IMG/VR virus record: IMGVR_UViG_3300033074_000216
Coordinates: 17,268 to 81,267 of that record
Length of the DNA stretch: 64,000 bases
From: a virus
Taxonomy: Duplodnaviria > Caudoviricetes
Strand: one strand, 5' to 3'
The translations under genes were made by a program, and so were the position numbers. The notes below the pieces were generated by a model. It worked only from the letters and a program-made list of their open reading frames with translations, did not search any database and was not told the origin of the DNA. Positions 46,001 to 54,929 of the stretch are shown in pieces. How positions within the stretch are numbered: position 1 is the stretch's first letter; every line of letters starts with the position of its first letter.

Positions 46001-46259
46001 ATGTAGACCATTCTATAGAACAACTTTCCAAGTAGCTAACAAAGACACAATCGAGTTAGCTGCTATCAGACAGAAATTTATCTGTATGGGTCAGTCTGTA
46101 TCTTTAGGATACCCTAAATTAAACTCAGCTTATGAAGTTATCGATGATATCATGTATGCTGAACACTTAGGTTTGAAAACACTTTATTACACTTACGTAC
46201 CAGCTGCCGACGACTTATCAGACGACGATGATGCAGTATGTGAGAGTTGTCAATCTTAG
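43081..46259 (+). CDS. nrdA: Class Ia ribonucleotide reductase alpha subunit, two exons (43081-44304, 45210-46259; ~757 aa spliced)
   Basis: ATP-cone IIKRDG, ATP..N, FSCC; joined exons read KGETG/NNYTFFTDNAN...QSNLCMEY; CNLAS, IAPTATS, LKTLYY, C-terminal CESCQ. Confidence 0.92.
44305..45209 (+). mobile_element. Group I intron in nrdA
   Basis: Exon ends in U, intron ends in G; P1 acgggt/gcccct; core elements aattgctgggaa (P), aatcagcag (Q), gttcaacgacta (R), gatatagtct (S). Confidence 0.88.
44429..45076 (+). CDS. Intron-encoded HNH homing endonuclease
   Basis: GYLRV, LHRLYAMTF, VNHRNGNKLDNTVENLEWVT. Confidence 0.88.
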   Translation: MDNQQRSLQSLLCIEGFKTIPILHKKYLNTQELSQDFLLEMHEISKQELLTKFNIPNLPVLNKILCKVYDLYETLPLPAGFITASLYTCSDYAININSIIITSRTRRIVKPYFDEFGYLRVNTRHLKPHTSSIGIYERLHRLYAMTFLPLEDTSLYSNLEVNHRNGNKLDNTVENLEWVTKQENLQHAWKTGLRKLPNQYLQERSTTIPKGSTLK

Positions 46260-46267
46260 GAGTAAAC

Positions 46268-47350
46268 ATGATTAAATTAGACAGAATACCAACTAATGAT
46301 GGCAGACTATTCTTCGGAGACAACGGTGGAGTTCCAAACTTAACCGTTGGTGGTCTTAAAAAGTACCAAGACTTAGCTAATGCCGACGAGGCAAACTTCT
46401 GGTCAATCAATACAGTATCTTGTTCACAAGACCGTGCTGATGAACTTCCAGCAAACGCTATGTCTAAATTCCAAAAGAATATCGGTTATCAAACTTTAGT
46501 AGACACTCTAGTTCCTGATGTTTACTCTTACTTATCAGAGATTGCTACAGACCCATACCTTAGCTACTTATACTCACGTATCGGTACTATGGAGAAAGTC
46601 CATGCAATGTCTTATTCAGCTGGACTAGTTCAAGCCTTCGGTGCAAAAGCCGAAGAGTTCCTTAATATTATCTATACTGATCAAATCATTAAAGATCGTA
46701 TCCAAGACGAACTAGACATAGCTATTCGTTTCCGTACAGCAGTTCAATCTGGCTGGCAAGAAACAGAGGAGAATGCAAAACTTCTTCTTGAACTATTAGT
46801 TAAAATGCTATTCTTAGAGGGTGTTAAATTCCCATTCTCATTCTTAACTACATGGACTATCAATAGAGCTTACGACAATAAGCTTCAAGGATTCAGTCTT
46901 ACACTACTTGAAATTGCTAAAGACGAAATGCAAACTCATACGACTACTGGAGCTAACGTAATATTAGATCTAAGAGCAGACAAGCTATTCGGTCCAATCA
47001 TCAAATCTGATTGGTTTACTAACTTAGTTGATGAAGTATCTACTTCTACTACAACTAAGGAAATAGCATACGCAGACTACTTATTAGAAGACGGAGAAAT
47101 CCAAGGATTCAATAAAGCTATCTGTGAACACTTCATCAAGTACTGGGTTGACAGAAGGAGAAAACAATTAAAGTTCGAACCTTTCTACAACTTAGAAAAG
47201 AACGACATTGAGAAATGGTTTGATTCATATAGAAACATTAATGGTAAGGCTGTTGCTCTACAAGAAGCTGATTCAGCTGCTTATCAAAAAGGTACTCTTA
47301 TCAATGATCTTTACAAATTCAAAACGGAAGGATCTAGATATGGAATCTAA
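46268..47350 (+). CDS. nrdB: Ribonucleotide reductase beta subunit
   Basis: LVD, EKVHAMSY, LEGVKF, DEMQTH iron ligands; follows nrdA. Confidence 0.9.
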   Translation: MIKLDRIPTNDGRLFFGDNGGVPNLTVGGLKKYQDLANADEANFWSINTVSCSQDRADELPANAMSKFQKNIGYQTLVDTLVPDVYSYLSEIATDPYLSYLYSRIGTMEKVHAMSYSAGLVQAFGAKAEEFLNIIYTDQIIKDRIQDELDIAIRFRTAVQSGWQETEENAKLLLELLVKMLFLEGVKFPFSFLTTWTINRAYDNKLQGFSLTLLEIAKDEMQTHTTTGANVILDLRADKLFGPIIKSDWFTNLVDEVSTSTTTKEIAYADYLLEDGEIQGFNKAICEHFIKYWVDRRRKQLKFEPFYNLEKNDIEKWFDSYRNINGKAVALQEADSAAYQKGTLINDLYKFKTEGSRYGI

Positions 47351-47699
47351 CACTTGTAATAATTGTGGACATACTCCATTTGCTTGTACTTGTTACAATC
47401 TAGAAGAGAAAAGTCCATCAGAAGGAATGAAATTTGATAATGGTAAATTATTATATTCATTAATTCCTCCTGAAACTCTAAAAGCATTAGCTGAAGTTTT
47501 AACTTACGGTGCTCAAAAGTATGCTCCGAATAACTGGCAAAAGGTTGAAAACGGAGACATCCGTTATATGGATGCATTATTCAGACACCTCGAAGCATTC
47601 CGATCTGGTGAAACTCATGATCCAGAATCTGGTATGCATCATTTAGCTCACGTTTTAACTAACGTAGCATTCTTACACTATATACACACAAAGGCCTAA
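47340..47699 (+). CDS. dATP/dGTP diphosphohydrolase domain (DUF5664-like)
   Basis: KFDNGK..YSLIP, YGAQKYAPNNW, ALFRHL, HLAH; start revised to 47340. Confidence 0.8.
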   Translation: MESNTCNNCGHTPFACTCYNLEEKSPSEGMKFDNGKLLYSLIPPETLKALAEVLTYGAQKYAPNNWQKVENGDIRYMDALFRHLEAFRSGETHDPESGMHHLAHVLTNVAFLHYIHTKA

Positions 47700-47701
47700 C
47701 C

Positions 47702-48355
47702 ATGGATATTATAGAATTACTTGGTGGAAAAGACGAGAAGTCTAGTCCATTCGATGATTACGTTCCAGTAATCCAATCAAGAGATGGTAGATCAACTACA
47801 ATCTACTTAACTGAGGCTATTTCATATCCATCAGAGTACAACAAAGCTTGTCTTTCATTAGAATCAGCTGTACCTGGTGATAACATAGTGATTAAAATCA
47901 ATAATGGTGGTGGATCAATCGATTCAGCATTCCAAATTATTGATGCAATGAAAAGATGTAAAGGTCACATCAAAGTTGAGATTAGTGGTTCAGCATGCTC
48001 TGCTGCAACTGTAATCACAATGTATGCGCACGAGTTATACGTAGCTGACTTTACATCATTCATGATTCATAACTACAGTACAGGTATGGCAGGTAAAGGT
48101 CATGAATTAAAATCATACCAAGAGCATACTGACAGAGAATTAAATGCTGCATTCAGAAGTATCTACAAAGGTTTCCTTACAGATAAAGAGATGACGCAAG
48201 TAATCAATGGTAAAGACATTTGGATGGGTAAAGACGAAGTATTAGCTAGATGGTTCAACAAGACTATCAAACCAGTACAAGAGACTATCCCATACATTCC
48301 ATCAGAATCAACTCCTGTAGTAAGAAGAGGAAGACCTAGAAAATCAGAGGTATAA
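47702..48355 (+). CDS. ClpP-like serine protease with C-terminal AT-hook
   Basis: INNGGGS, GSACSAAT, FMIH; tail RRGRPRK. Confidence 0.8.
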   Translation: MDIIELLGGKDEKSSPFDDYVPVIQSRDGRSTTIYLTEAISYPSEYNKACLSLESAVPGDNIVIKINNGGGSIDSAFQIIDAMKRCKGHIKVEISGSACSAATVITMYAHELYVADFTSFMIHNYSTGMAGKGHELKSYQEHTDRELNAAFRSIYKGFLTDKEMTQVINGKDIWMGKDEVLARWFNKTIKPVQETIPYIPSESTPVVRRGRPRKSEV

Positions 48356-48356
48356 G

Positions 48357-49745
48357 ATGAAAGCTTATATCCTTGATACTAACGTAATCCTTGATAGTGT
48401 AGACAACATCTACAAACTATCAGAAGACGGGACTAACTTATTAGTTATTCCTGAGATAGTAATAGACGAGTTAGATGCTAAGAAATCTGGTTTCGAAGAA
48501 ATCAATTTCAACGCAAGACAATTCGCTAGACTATTAGAAGATGGTGAAATAATCCAAGCTAAGACTAGTATCACAGACTCACTTATGGGATTCTTAGTTA
48601 AACTAAGTAATTCAAACGTAGACCTGTTAATTCTAACAAAAGAAAAGTATAACTGTGAAGCTTCAAACATCGCAGTTAATATTCTTAATGATAGAAAGAT
48701 TCTCGAACTAGCTAAAGATTACATCACAGCTTGTCCAAAACTAGATTGTAAATTTATCTCATTAGATATCATGTGCAGAACTAGAGCTTTAACTCTAGAT
48801 TTACCAACAGACTACCTACATGGTAAAGATAAAGAATTATCTTTTAATTTTCATAAAACAATAGAATTAGAAAATATATTAAAACTAGATAATGTATCAA
48901 TTACAAAATTAGATCCAGACCATCAACCAGAAAACTATAGTTATACTATAATAGAAAAGGAAACTGGTAGACATTTCTTAGGAACTGTTCAAAATGGAAA
49001 ATTTGTACCATTAGATGACAAACTAAATAATAGAACAATCAAAGCTCTTAATAAAGAACAACTTTTCTTTTTATCAGCATTACTTGATCAACATTATAAT
49101 TTAGTTGCTTGTGAAGCGAAAGCTGGATCAGGTAAAACACTTATGGCTCTAACTGCAGCAATGGAGTTAGTAAAAGCTAAGAAGTATTCTAAAATCATTT
49201 ACATCAGAAACTCAATCGAATCAACTGCCAAAGGCGAAGAAGTTGGATTTCTACCAGGTCTTGAAGAAAAATTCAAAATCTATAACCACCCACTATACGA
49301 CACTCTTAGATTCATAGCTCGTACAAACGTATCTAAATCTAATAGTAACAAAACGAAAGCCTCAAAGTCTGAAGTTACCGACGAATTAATCGAAGAACTT
49401 GTATCTACTTATACTTCAGAATACAATATACAAACAATGTGGGTTGGTGAGATGAGAGGAAGAACTATATCTAATGCATACGTGATAGTAGACGAATACC
49501 AAAACTGTTCAAGCAGTACTGGTCAACTAATACTATCTCGATTGGATAAAGATTGTAAAGTAGTATGTATCGGTTCTAATAGACAGATAGATAACCTTTA
49601 TACTAATAAGTATATTAATGCTTTATCAGGTTTATTAAAAGCTGCTAAAGAAACAGAACATTCAATCAAATTATTTGCTTGTGAATTAACTAAAGTACTT
49701 AGAGGACCTCTTGTTGAATTTGCTGAGAAAATTTATAGTAAGTAG
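48357..49745 (+). CDS. phoH: PIN-PhoH fusion protein
   Basis: N-terminal LDTNVIL PIN; AKAGSGKT, GFLPG, MRGRT, VDEYQN, QID. Confidence 0.88.
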   Translation: MKAYILDTNVILDSVDNIYKLSEDGTNLLVIPEIVIDELDAKKSGFEEINFNARQFARLLEDGEIIQAKTSITDSLMGFLVKLSNSNVDLLILTKEKYNCEASNIAVNILNDRKILELAKDYITACPKLDCKFISLDIMCRTRALTLDLPTDYLHGKDKELSFNFHKTIELENILKLDNVSITKLDPDHQPENYSYTIIEKETGRHFLGTVQNGKFVPLDDKLNNRTIKALNKEQLFFLSALLDQHYNLVACEAKAGSGKTLMALTAAMELVKAKKYSKIIYIRNSIESTAKGEEVGFLPGLEEKFKIYNHPLYDTLRFIARTNVSKSNSNKTKASKSEVTDELIEELVSTYTSEYNIQTMWVGEMRGRTISNAYVIVDEYQNCSSSTGQLILSRLDKDCKVVCIGSNRQIDNLYTNKYINALSGLLKAAKETEHSIKLFACELTKVLRGPLVEFAEKIYSK

Positions 49746-49750
49746 AAGTC

Positions 49751-49990
49751 ATGATTATTAGTGAAGAATTTAACCCTGTAACAAACAAAATTGGAACTAG
49801 AGTTCTAATAACAGAGAGTACAACTAAATCAGACATAGAGTCAACATACCCACTATTACAAGTAAAAGAAGATGAACTAGGCCAATATATACGGACTAAA
49901 CACTGTAGATTTGTTCCTGGTACATACTTCTTTCTTTCTATAAGTGGGATTCCAACTTACTATTTTTCTAATAGCAAGCACGACAACTAG
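49751..49990 (+). CDS. Hypothetical protein
   Basis: 79 aa in a packed run. Confidence 0.45.
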   Translation: MIISEEFNPVTNKIGTRVLITESTTKSDIESTYPLLQVKEDELGQYIRTKHCRFVPGTYFFLSISGIPTYYFSNSKHDN

Positions 49991-50091
49991 CGTGTGGGAT
50001 ATCCAGACTATTTCCCCACTGGGCACTACTCTTATTCGGTGAGTAGGAGTAGCACGCATCATAATCCGAAAATTCAAATTTAGGAAAATCA

Positions 50092-50271
50092 ATGAAATTT
50101 TTAAATTGGTTTAATACAAACTTTTGGGATATCATTTTTTGGATGTCTTTAATAATTATATTCGGCGGATGGATTGGAGTATTCCAGTTATCTGAAGCTG
50201 ATAAGTTATACCACTGCTTAGTTGCAATGTTTTCATTAGCAACATCAGACATCTTAAGGAAGTTAAGATGA
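50092..50271 (+). CDS. Small membrane protein (59 aa, not in track)
   Basis: AGGA RBS, ATG 50092, two hydrophobic helices; TGA overlaps next ATG. Confidence 0.5.
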   Translation: MKFLNWFNTNFWDIIFWMSLIIIFGGWIGVFQLSEADKLYHCLVAMFSLATSDILRKLR

Positions 50272-50753
50272 CTTTTATAGATCAAATCTATGAGTTCAAT
50301 CAAAAAGCTGGTTTACTTGATAAACCGTACGATGATTTCTTAGAATCTTCATTCCAAATTGAAGAAGCTTTAGAAGGCTTTAAACAGTACGGTTTAAAAT
50401 ACCTACAAGGACAACTTGTAGGAGACTATGATACAGAAGCAAAGCCTAAAAACTTAGCGAGATACATTGTTAAACTAGCACAAAGCGACTGTCATGAGAC
50501 TTGTTGTGTTACTACACTTTCTGACGTTGACAGGCTTGATAAAGCTTGTGATGCTATTGTCTTTGCAGTAGGCTCAATAGCTAAACTTAAGTTAAGTCCA
50601 GCTCAACTAAATGAAGCTATGTCAATCGTTATGAATGCAAACCTAGCTAAGTTAGGAATGCCTAAAGACGAGCATGGTAAACTTATGAAACCTGAAGGAT
50701 TCGTAGGACCTGAAGTTCAACTTCAAGCTTTACTTGATAGGAGAACATTATGA
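50268..50753 (+). CDS. MazG-like nucleotide pyrophosphohydrolase
   Basis: EEALE, DKACDAIVFAVG, VMNANLAK, GKLMKPEGF. Confidence 0.8.
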   Translation: MTFIDQIYEFNQKAGLLDKPYDDFLESSFQIEEALEGFKQYGLKYLQGQLVGDYDTEAKPKNLARYIVKLAQSDCHETCCVTTLSDVDRLDKACDAIVFAVGSIAKLKLSPAQLNEAMSIVMNANLAKLGMPKDEHGKLMKPEGFVGPEVQLQALLDRRTL

Positions 50754-50995
50754 TAATGTATCTCATACTATTCTTTTTCTACGGATCAGTAGTAGCATTG
50801 GTTTTAAACAATGTTACAACAATCGGATTCTTCTTATACACTTGGAACAATGGAGCTCCTTTAGCACAAGCTGCTTGGGATTCTTTCATGCTCTACATTA
50901 GTATTGGATTCCTTGCTGGAATTGTACTATTACTATCTATACTTTCTATGAGAGTATTAGACAGAGCTACATTCAAGTACGCAAGACGTAAGTAG
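50750..50995 (+). CDS. Small membrane protein
   Basis: Two TM segments. Confidence 0.55.
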   Translation: MIMYLILFFFYGSVVALVLNNVTTIGFFLYTWNNGAPLAQAAWDSFMLYISIGFLAGIVLLLSILSMRVLDRATFKYARRK

Positions 50996-51049
50996 GAATA
51001 CTGAGTCCTCTTTCTTAGAGGATTCACCTATTTCTATTAAGGACATACA

Positions 51050-51214
51050 TTGGCAACATTAAAAGCACTTGGCTTTACGGCCCTTATATTCTGTATCATA
51101 ATCGCTATGATTGCAGGAGCATATCTAACATACTTAGTTGTGTTAGCATTTTTTATATTAACAATATTTTTAATTTTTAAAAGATTATTTTCATTTGGTA
51201 GGAGAAAAAGATGA
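51050..51214 (+). CDS. Small membrane protein (TTG start, not in track)
   Basis: AAGGA RBS, hydrophobic, basic C-terminus. Confidence 0.45.
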   Translation: MATLKALGFTALIFCIIIAMIAGAYLTYLVVLAFFILTIFLIFKRLFSFGRRKR

Positions 51215-51281
51215 CAGCTTTCGCTGCCTTCCTTTTATTTATTGTAGTACTAATCATTATCGAAGTAGTATTCAATCCTGA

Positions 51282-54200
51282 TTAATGTGGAATAATATGT
51301 GGAACAACTAAATCCTGAGCAAAAGCCATAGGATCTGACCACATAGAAGCTTTTCTAGCCAAACTATCAATAGGATGGTAGAATTGTTTAAATGGTGTTT
51401 CACCAACACCTGAGAATTTTATAGCACCTTCAGTTAACATAACTGAGAATGCTTTGTTACCTAACATTTTCATCATAGCAGGAAATACCCTGAACATATA
51501 CTTAGTAAACGCTAAGAAACCTAAATCATTTGCATACTTAACAAACTTATTATCAAGATAACTATAGTTAACATGTAGCTGATCCATATAGTTCAAATCT
51601 TTCTGTGTAACTTGTCCATTACCTCTATCCATCATATCACTTAGGATAATCATCTTATTGATAGCATCTGAGTAAATAGTTAATTTCATTACACTATCAT
51701 GTATTCTACTATCTTTCTTAATATACAGTAAATCTACAAAACTCTTCAAGTTCTGTCTACTCTTATCTTTCTTGATAATTTTCATAGCATTCTTCAATTT
51801 ACCTTCTAGTATACCTTGTTTATCAAAGTATCCATTATCTATATCAGATAATAACGAGTTAAACTGACCATCTTCAATAATAATTGAAACTGGATTTGCT
51901 TTCATTTTTGCTTTTAACCTATCAATCTCATTTTGACTGATTTTCTCTCCAGACTTTTGTCTAATCTCAAGCTCTAACATCTTAGTTCTATCAGCCTGAT
52001 ATTCATCCATACGTTGCCACATATCGTGAAACTTCTGAATGTAATTCATAGGATTTTTATCTTGAGTATGTTGTAATGCTACAATCATATTAGATAACAT
52101 ATTTCCTTTTACTGTTGCAGGTGTATAAGCTACGATAGCTTGTTTCCAAGCTTTAGTTAATTCCATTACAACTTTCTCTAATTTCTTAGCTATAATTTGT
52201 CTTTTAACTTTGTCTTTAATCCATGGAGCATTAACTAATGATGCATCTTTATATCCAAAGAAGTCAACTAGCATACTTTCTTCAATCATAAGTTTTCCAC
52301 CACTCATTCTCTTTAACTCTCGTTTTAAGTAGAATGGCATTCTGTCCCAGTATTCTTTATATTTACCTTCACTATTTTCTGAAATTTCTATAAAATTAAA
52401 CTTATTACTATGCTTATAACTATTATAGAAATTACTTAAATACATAATTCCTGCTTTATTATTAACCATAGCTTCTTGTTTATGAGTTAAGTTAGATATT
52501 GTACTTGCTAACGTTTCAACAATATTATCATTCAAATCTAATAGATTACTCTTATCCTCATATGGAATTCTAAATCTATAATCGTAAATCTCACCATTTC
52601 CCGACCTTTCAGGTATTAGCGATCCACTCTGTTCAGTTACACTTCCTAATTCACTAGCTAATTCATCTATCTTATCATTAGCTTCTTCTTCAGTCAGTCC
52701 TCTATCCATTAGAATTCTTCTAAGACTATCTCCCTCATTCTTTAGCTGAATCGTACTCATCATCCCTTCAGTATATGCAGGATCAATACTATCTCCAATT
52801 ACTGTATACAAATTCTCTCCAGTAATTCTACTTAACTCAGCATTCTTCCCAATATTCTTCATTCCAGATTTAACTAACTCTTTCATCTCAGCTTCATTAA
52901 CTAGATAATGTCTCTTATCAGTTTTATACACATCTTGTTTAGCACCCTTAATCTGATACATCTCATCACCAAAGTACGCTTTTCTCAATACTTCATCTTC
53001 ATTAGCTTTCTTCAATACTAAAGCTTTCTTAACTCCCTCAGGATTTTTATCCAATCCTTCTTTAGCATTTCTCTTAGTATCTTCATCCAACCTACTCAAT
53101 GCAATCATACTTACAAGCTTATCAATCTCATTTACTACATTCATATCTCTAGTCTTTAATTCAACTAAAGCAATCTGTGCAGCATTTGTGTATCCATTCT
53201 TCATACTCATTTTATTAGTTACTAACAAGTCAGCTAACTCACTCATAGCCAATAATGTCTCTCCACTATACTTCTGAGTTCTTTCATTTAAAACTTGCTC
53301 TAAGAATTTTGGATCACCTAAATAATTTGATATCTCTTCTACACCTCCAATAGCAGAAGCATCTACATCCAGTAATACTCTCTTCAATGATCCTTTAACT
53401 TTAGGTGTTAAATCTTTAAATCCATATACATTATCTAATACTTGTGCAGTCTTACTTTTAACATCAACTACTTCCTTATCTACGAATGCTTTACTCTTTC
53501 TAAACATCTCATAGAACTTAGCAACTTCTGGACTACTAAAATCCCTAGTAACACTATTAAACACATTATTCTGAAGCATAGCACTTCTTACTTTTGCTAA
53601 TCCTCTAATACTCCAAATCTTATCCATAGCTTGTTTAAGTTTATCATCTTCTTGACTATTAATATACTCTTCATAAGTCTTATATTCTTTCTCTATCTTT
53701 CCAGTATACTTAGCTATTCTCTTATCAATCGCAGTAATCTTATCAATAACTTGACTCATTACTCCTTTATCTTGTAACTTACTTCTATTATGACCTTTAG
53801 TTAATGCCTCATCTAGTAAACCTAATGCTAATTCTCTAGCACTCTTTCCACCATTCATTTTAGCATTATACGCAGAATTTAATAGTCTAATTACTTTATT
53901 AACTAACTTAGTCCACTTACCTGTCTCATTAACTTCTTGAAACAATCTTCCTTGTTCTAAATTCGTTACAATTCCTAATTGACCAACAAGTTGCTCATTA
54001 GTCGTAGCATAAGCTAGGAACTCATCTGCTCCAAACTTTGGATTACTAAACACATACTCATATTTTAGTTGTGCATCATTAACATCAGCATTCTGTCTAC
54101 CTTCAGTAAATACTTTCCAACCTTGACCTTTATACTTTTGATTAAAGTAATTCTTTAAAGCTTCTCTCATTCTAAGAATATTATACTCTAGTTGTTTATC

Positions 54201-54920
54201 TTTTCCAATAACTTCTCTCAAGAGAATATGTTGCATCTCATGTGATAAGATTTCACTTAATGTATTATTCTTTTGATTACCTAGAATTAATTTCAATTTA
54301 GCAGTTTGCGGATCAGCTTCCCCTCTAGTATTTCCTCTAGCATCTAAATCTTGGAATGTCTGTAAATTAAACTCTACATCCTTTCCTGCTTCCTGCAATA
54401 CATCACTATATTTCTTAATAACATTTCTTAGATGTTCAGCATGTTCTGAACTTAAAGCCTCACCATCTGTTTCAATCATATCTTCAAGCATATCATTAAT
54501 ATCATTTAATACAGTTCCAGTTACTTCAGCTAACTTAATAGTATTCCCTTCGAAAGCTTCTTCACTTCCCATAGCATACTTACCATCTCTAGTTTGATTA
54601 TTCTTAACATCTAGTACATACTCACCATTATTAATACTAACAATCCCTGCACTTAACATCTCTGCAGACTTTACATGTACATCTACAAATCTAGCTGTAT
54701 CAAATTCTTCTAATCCAATTGTAGTTCCTACAAGCTTACTAGCATAATCAATTCCATAAAATACTCTAGTCTTTGCTGTTGAATACTTGCCAGTTTTCTG
54801 AGCATTTCTTACACTAGCATTTACTCTTCTAGCATTATCAGCTTCAACCATAGCCCGTATTAACGGACCATGATCATCATATTTATTTACAACTTCTTCT
54901 AATTTATTTGGACATACCAT
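51282..54920 (-). CDS. Large virion/ejected protein with zincin-like HExxH motif
   Basis: MVCPNK reads from the reverse complement at 54920; LSHEMQH and ADEFLAY; downstream of vRNAP. Confidence 0.75.
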   Translation of the reverse strand: MVCPNKLEEVVNKYDDHGPLIRAMVEADNARRVNASVRNAQKTGKYSTAKTRVFYGIDYASKLVGTTIGLEEFDTARFVDVHVKSAEMLSAGIVSINNGEYVLDVKNNQTRDGKYAMGSEEAFEGNTIKLAEVTGTVLNDINDMLEDMIETDGEALSSEHAEHLRNVIKKYSDVLQEAGKDVEFNLQTFQDLDARGNTRGEADPQTAKLKLILGNQKNNTLSEILSHEMQHILLREVIGKDKQLEYNILRMREALKNYFNQKYKGQGWKVFTEGRQNADVNDAQLKYEYVFSNPKFGADEFLAYATTNEQLVGQLGIVTNLEQGRLFQEVNETGKWTKLVNKVIRLLNSAYNAKMNGGKSARELALGLLDEALTKGHNRSKLQDKGVMSQVIDKITAIDKRIAKYTGKIEKEYKTYEEYINSQEDDKLKQAMDKIWSIRGLAKVRSAMLQNNVFNSVTRDFSSPEVAKFYEMFRKSKAFVDKEVVDVKSKTAQVLDNVYGFKDLTPKVKGSLKRVLLDVDASAIGGVEEISNYLGDPKFLEQVLNERTQKYSGETLLAMSELADLLVTNKMSMKNGYTNAAQIALVELKTRDMNVVNEIDKLVSMIALSRLDEDTKRNAKEGLDKNPEGVKKALVLKKANEDEVLRKAYFGDEMYQIKGAKQDVYKTDKRHYLVNEAEMKELVKSGMKNIGKNAELSRITGENLYTVIGDSIDPAYTEGMMSTIQLKNEGDSLRRILMDRGLTEEEANDKIDELASELGSVTEQSGSLIPERSGNGEIYDYRFRIPYEDKSNLLDLNDNIVETLASTISNLTHKQEAMVNNKAGIMYLSNFYNSYKHSNKFNFIEISENSEGKYKEYWDRMPFYLKRELKRMSGGKLMIEESMLVDFFGYKDASLVNAPWIKDKVKRQIIAKKLEKVVMELTKAWKQAIVAYTPATVKGNMLSNMIVALQHTQDKNPMNYIQKFHDMWQRMDEYQADRTKMLELEIRQKSGEKISQNEIDRLKAKMKANPVSIIIEDGQFNSLLSDIDNGYFDKQGILEGKLKNAMKIIKKDKSRQNLKSFVDLLYIKKDSRIHDSVMKLTIYSDAINKMIILSDMMDRGNGQVTQKDLNYMDQLHVNYSYLDNKFVKYANDLGFLAFTKYMFRVFPAMMKMLGNKAFSVMLTEGAIKFSGVGETPFKQFYHPIDSLARKASMWSDPMAFAQDLVVPHIIPH

Positions 54921-54929
54921 TATTATTCC

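Noticed and set aside
43081-46259. nrdA as a split pseudogene
   Set aside because: Group I core elements and an in-frame exon join explain the break
4277-48670. Numerous short minus-strand or alternate-frame ORFs inside larger genes (for example 4277, 4973, 7618, 11123, 13389, 17463, 35912, 48410)
   Set aside because: Shadow ORFs antisense to well-supported genes, with no motifs or RBS
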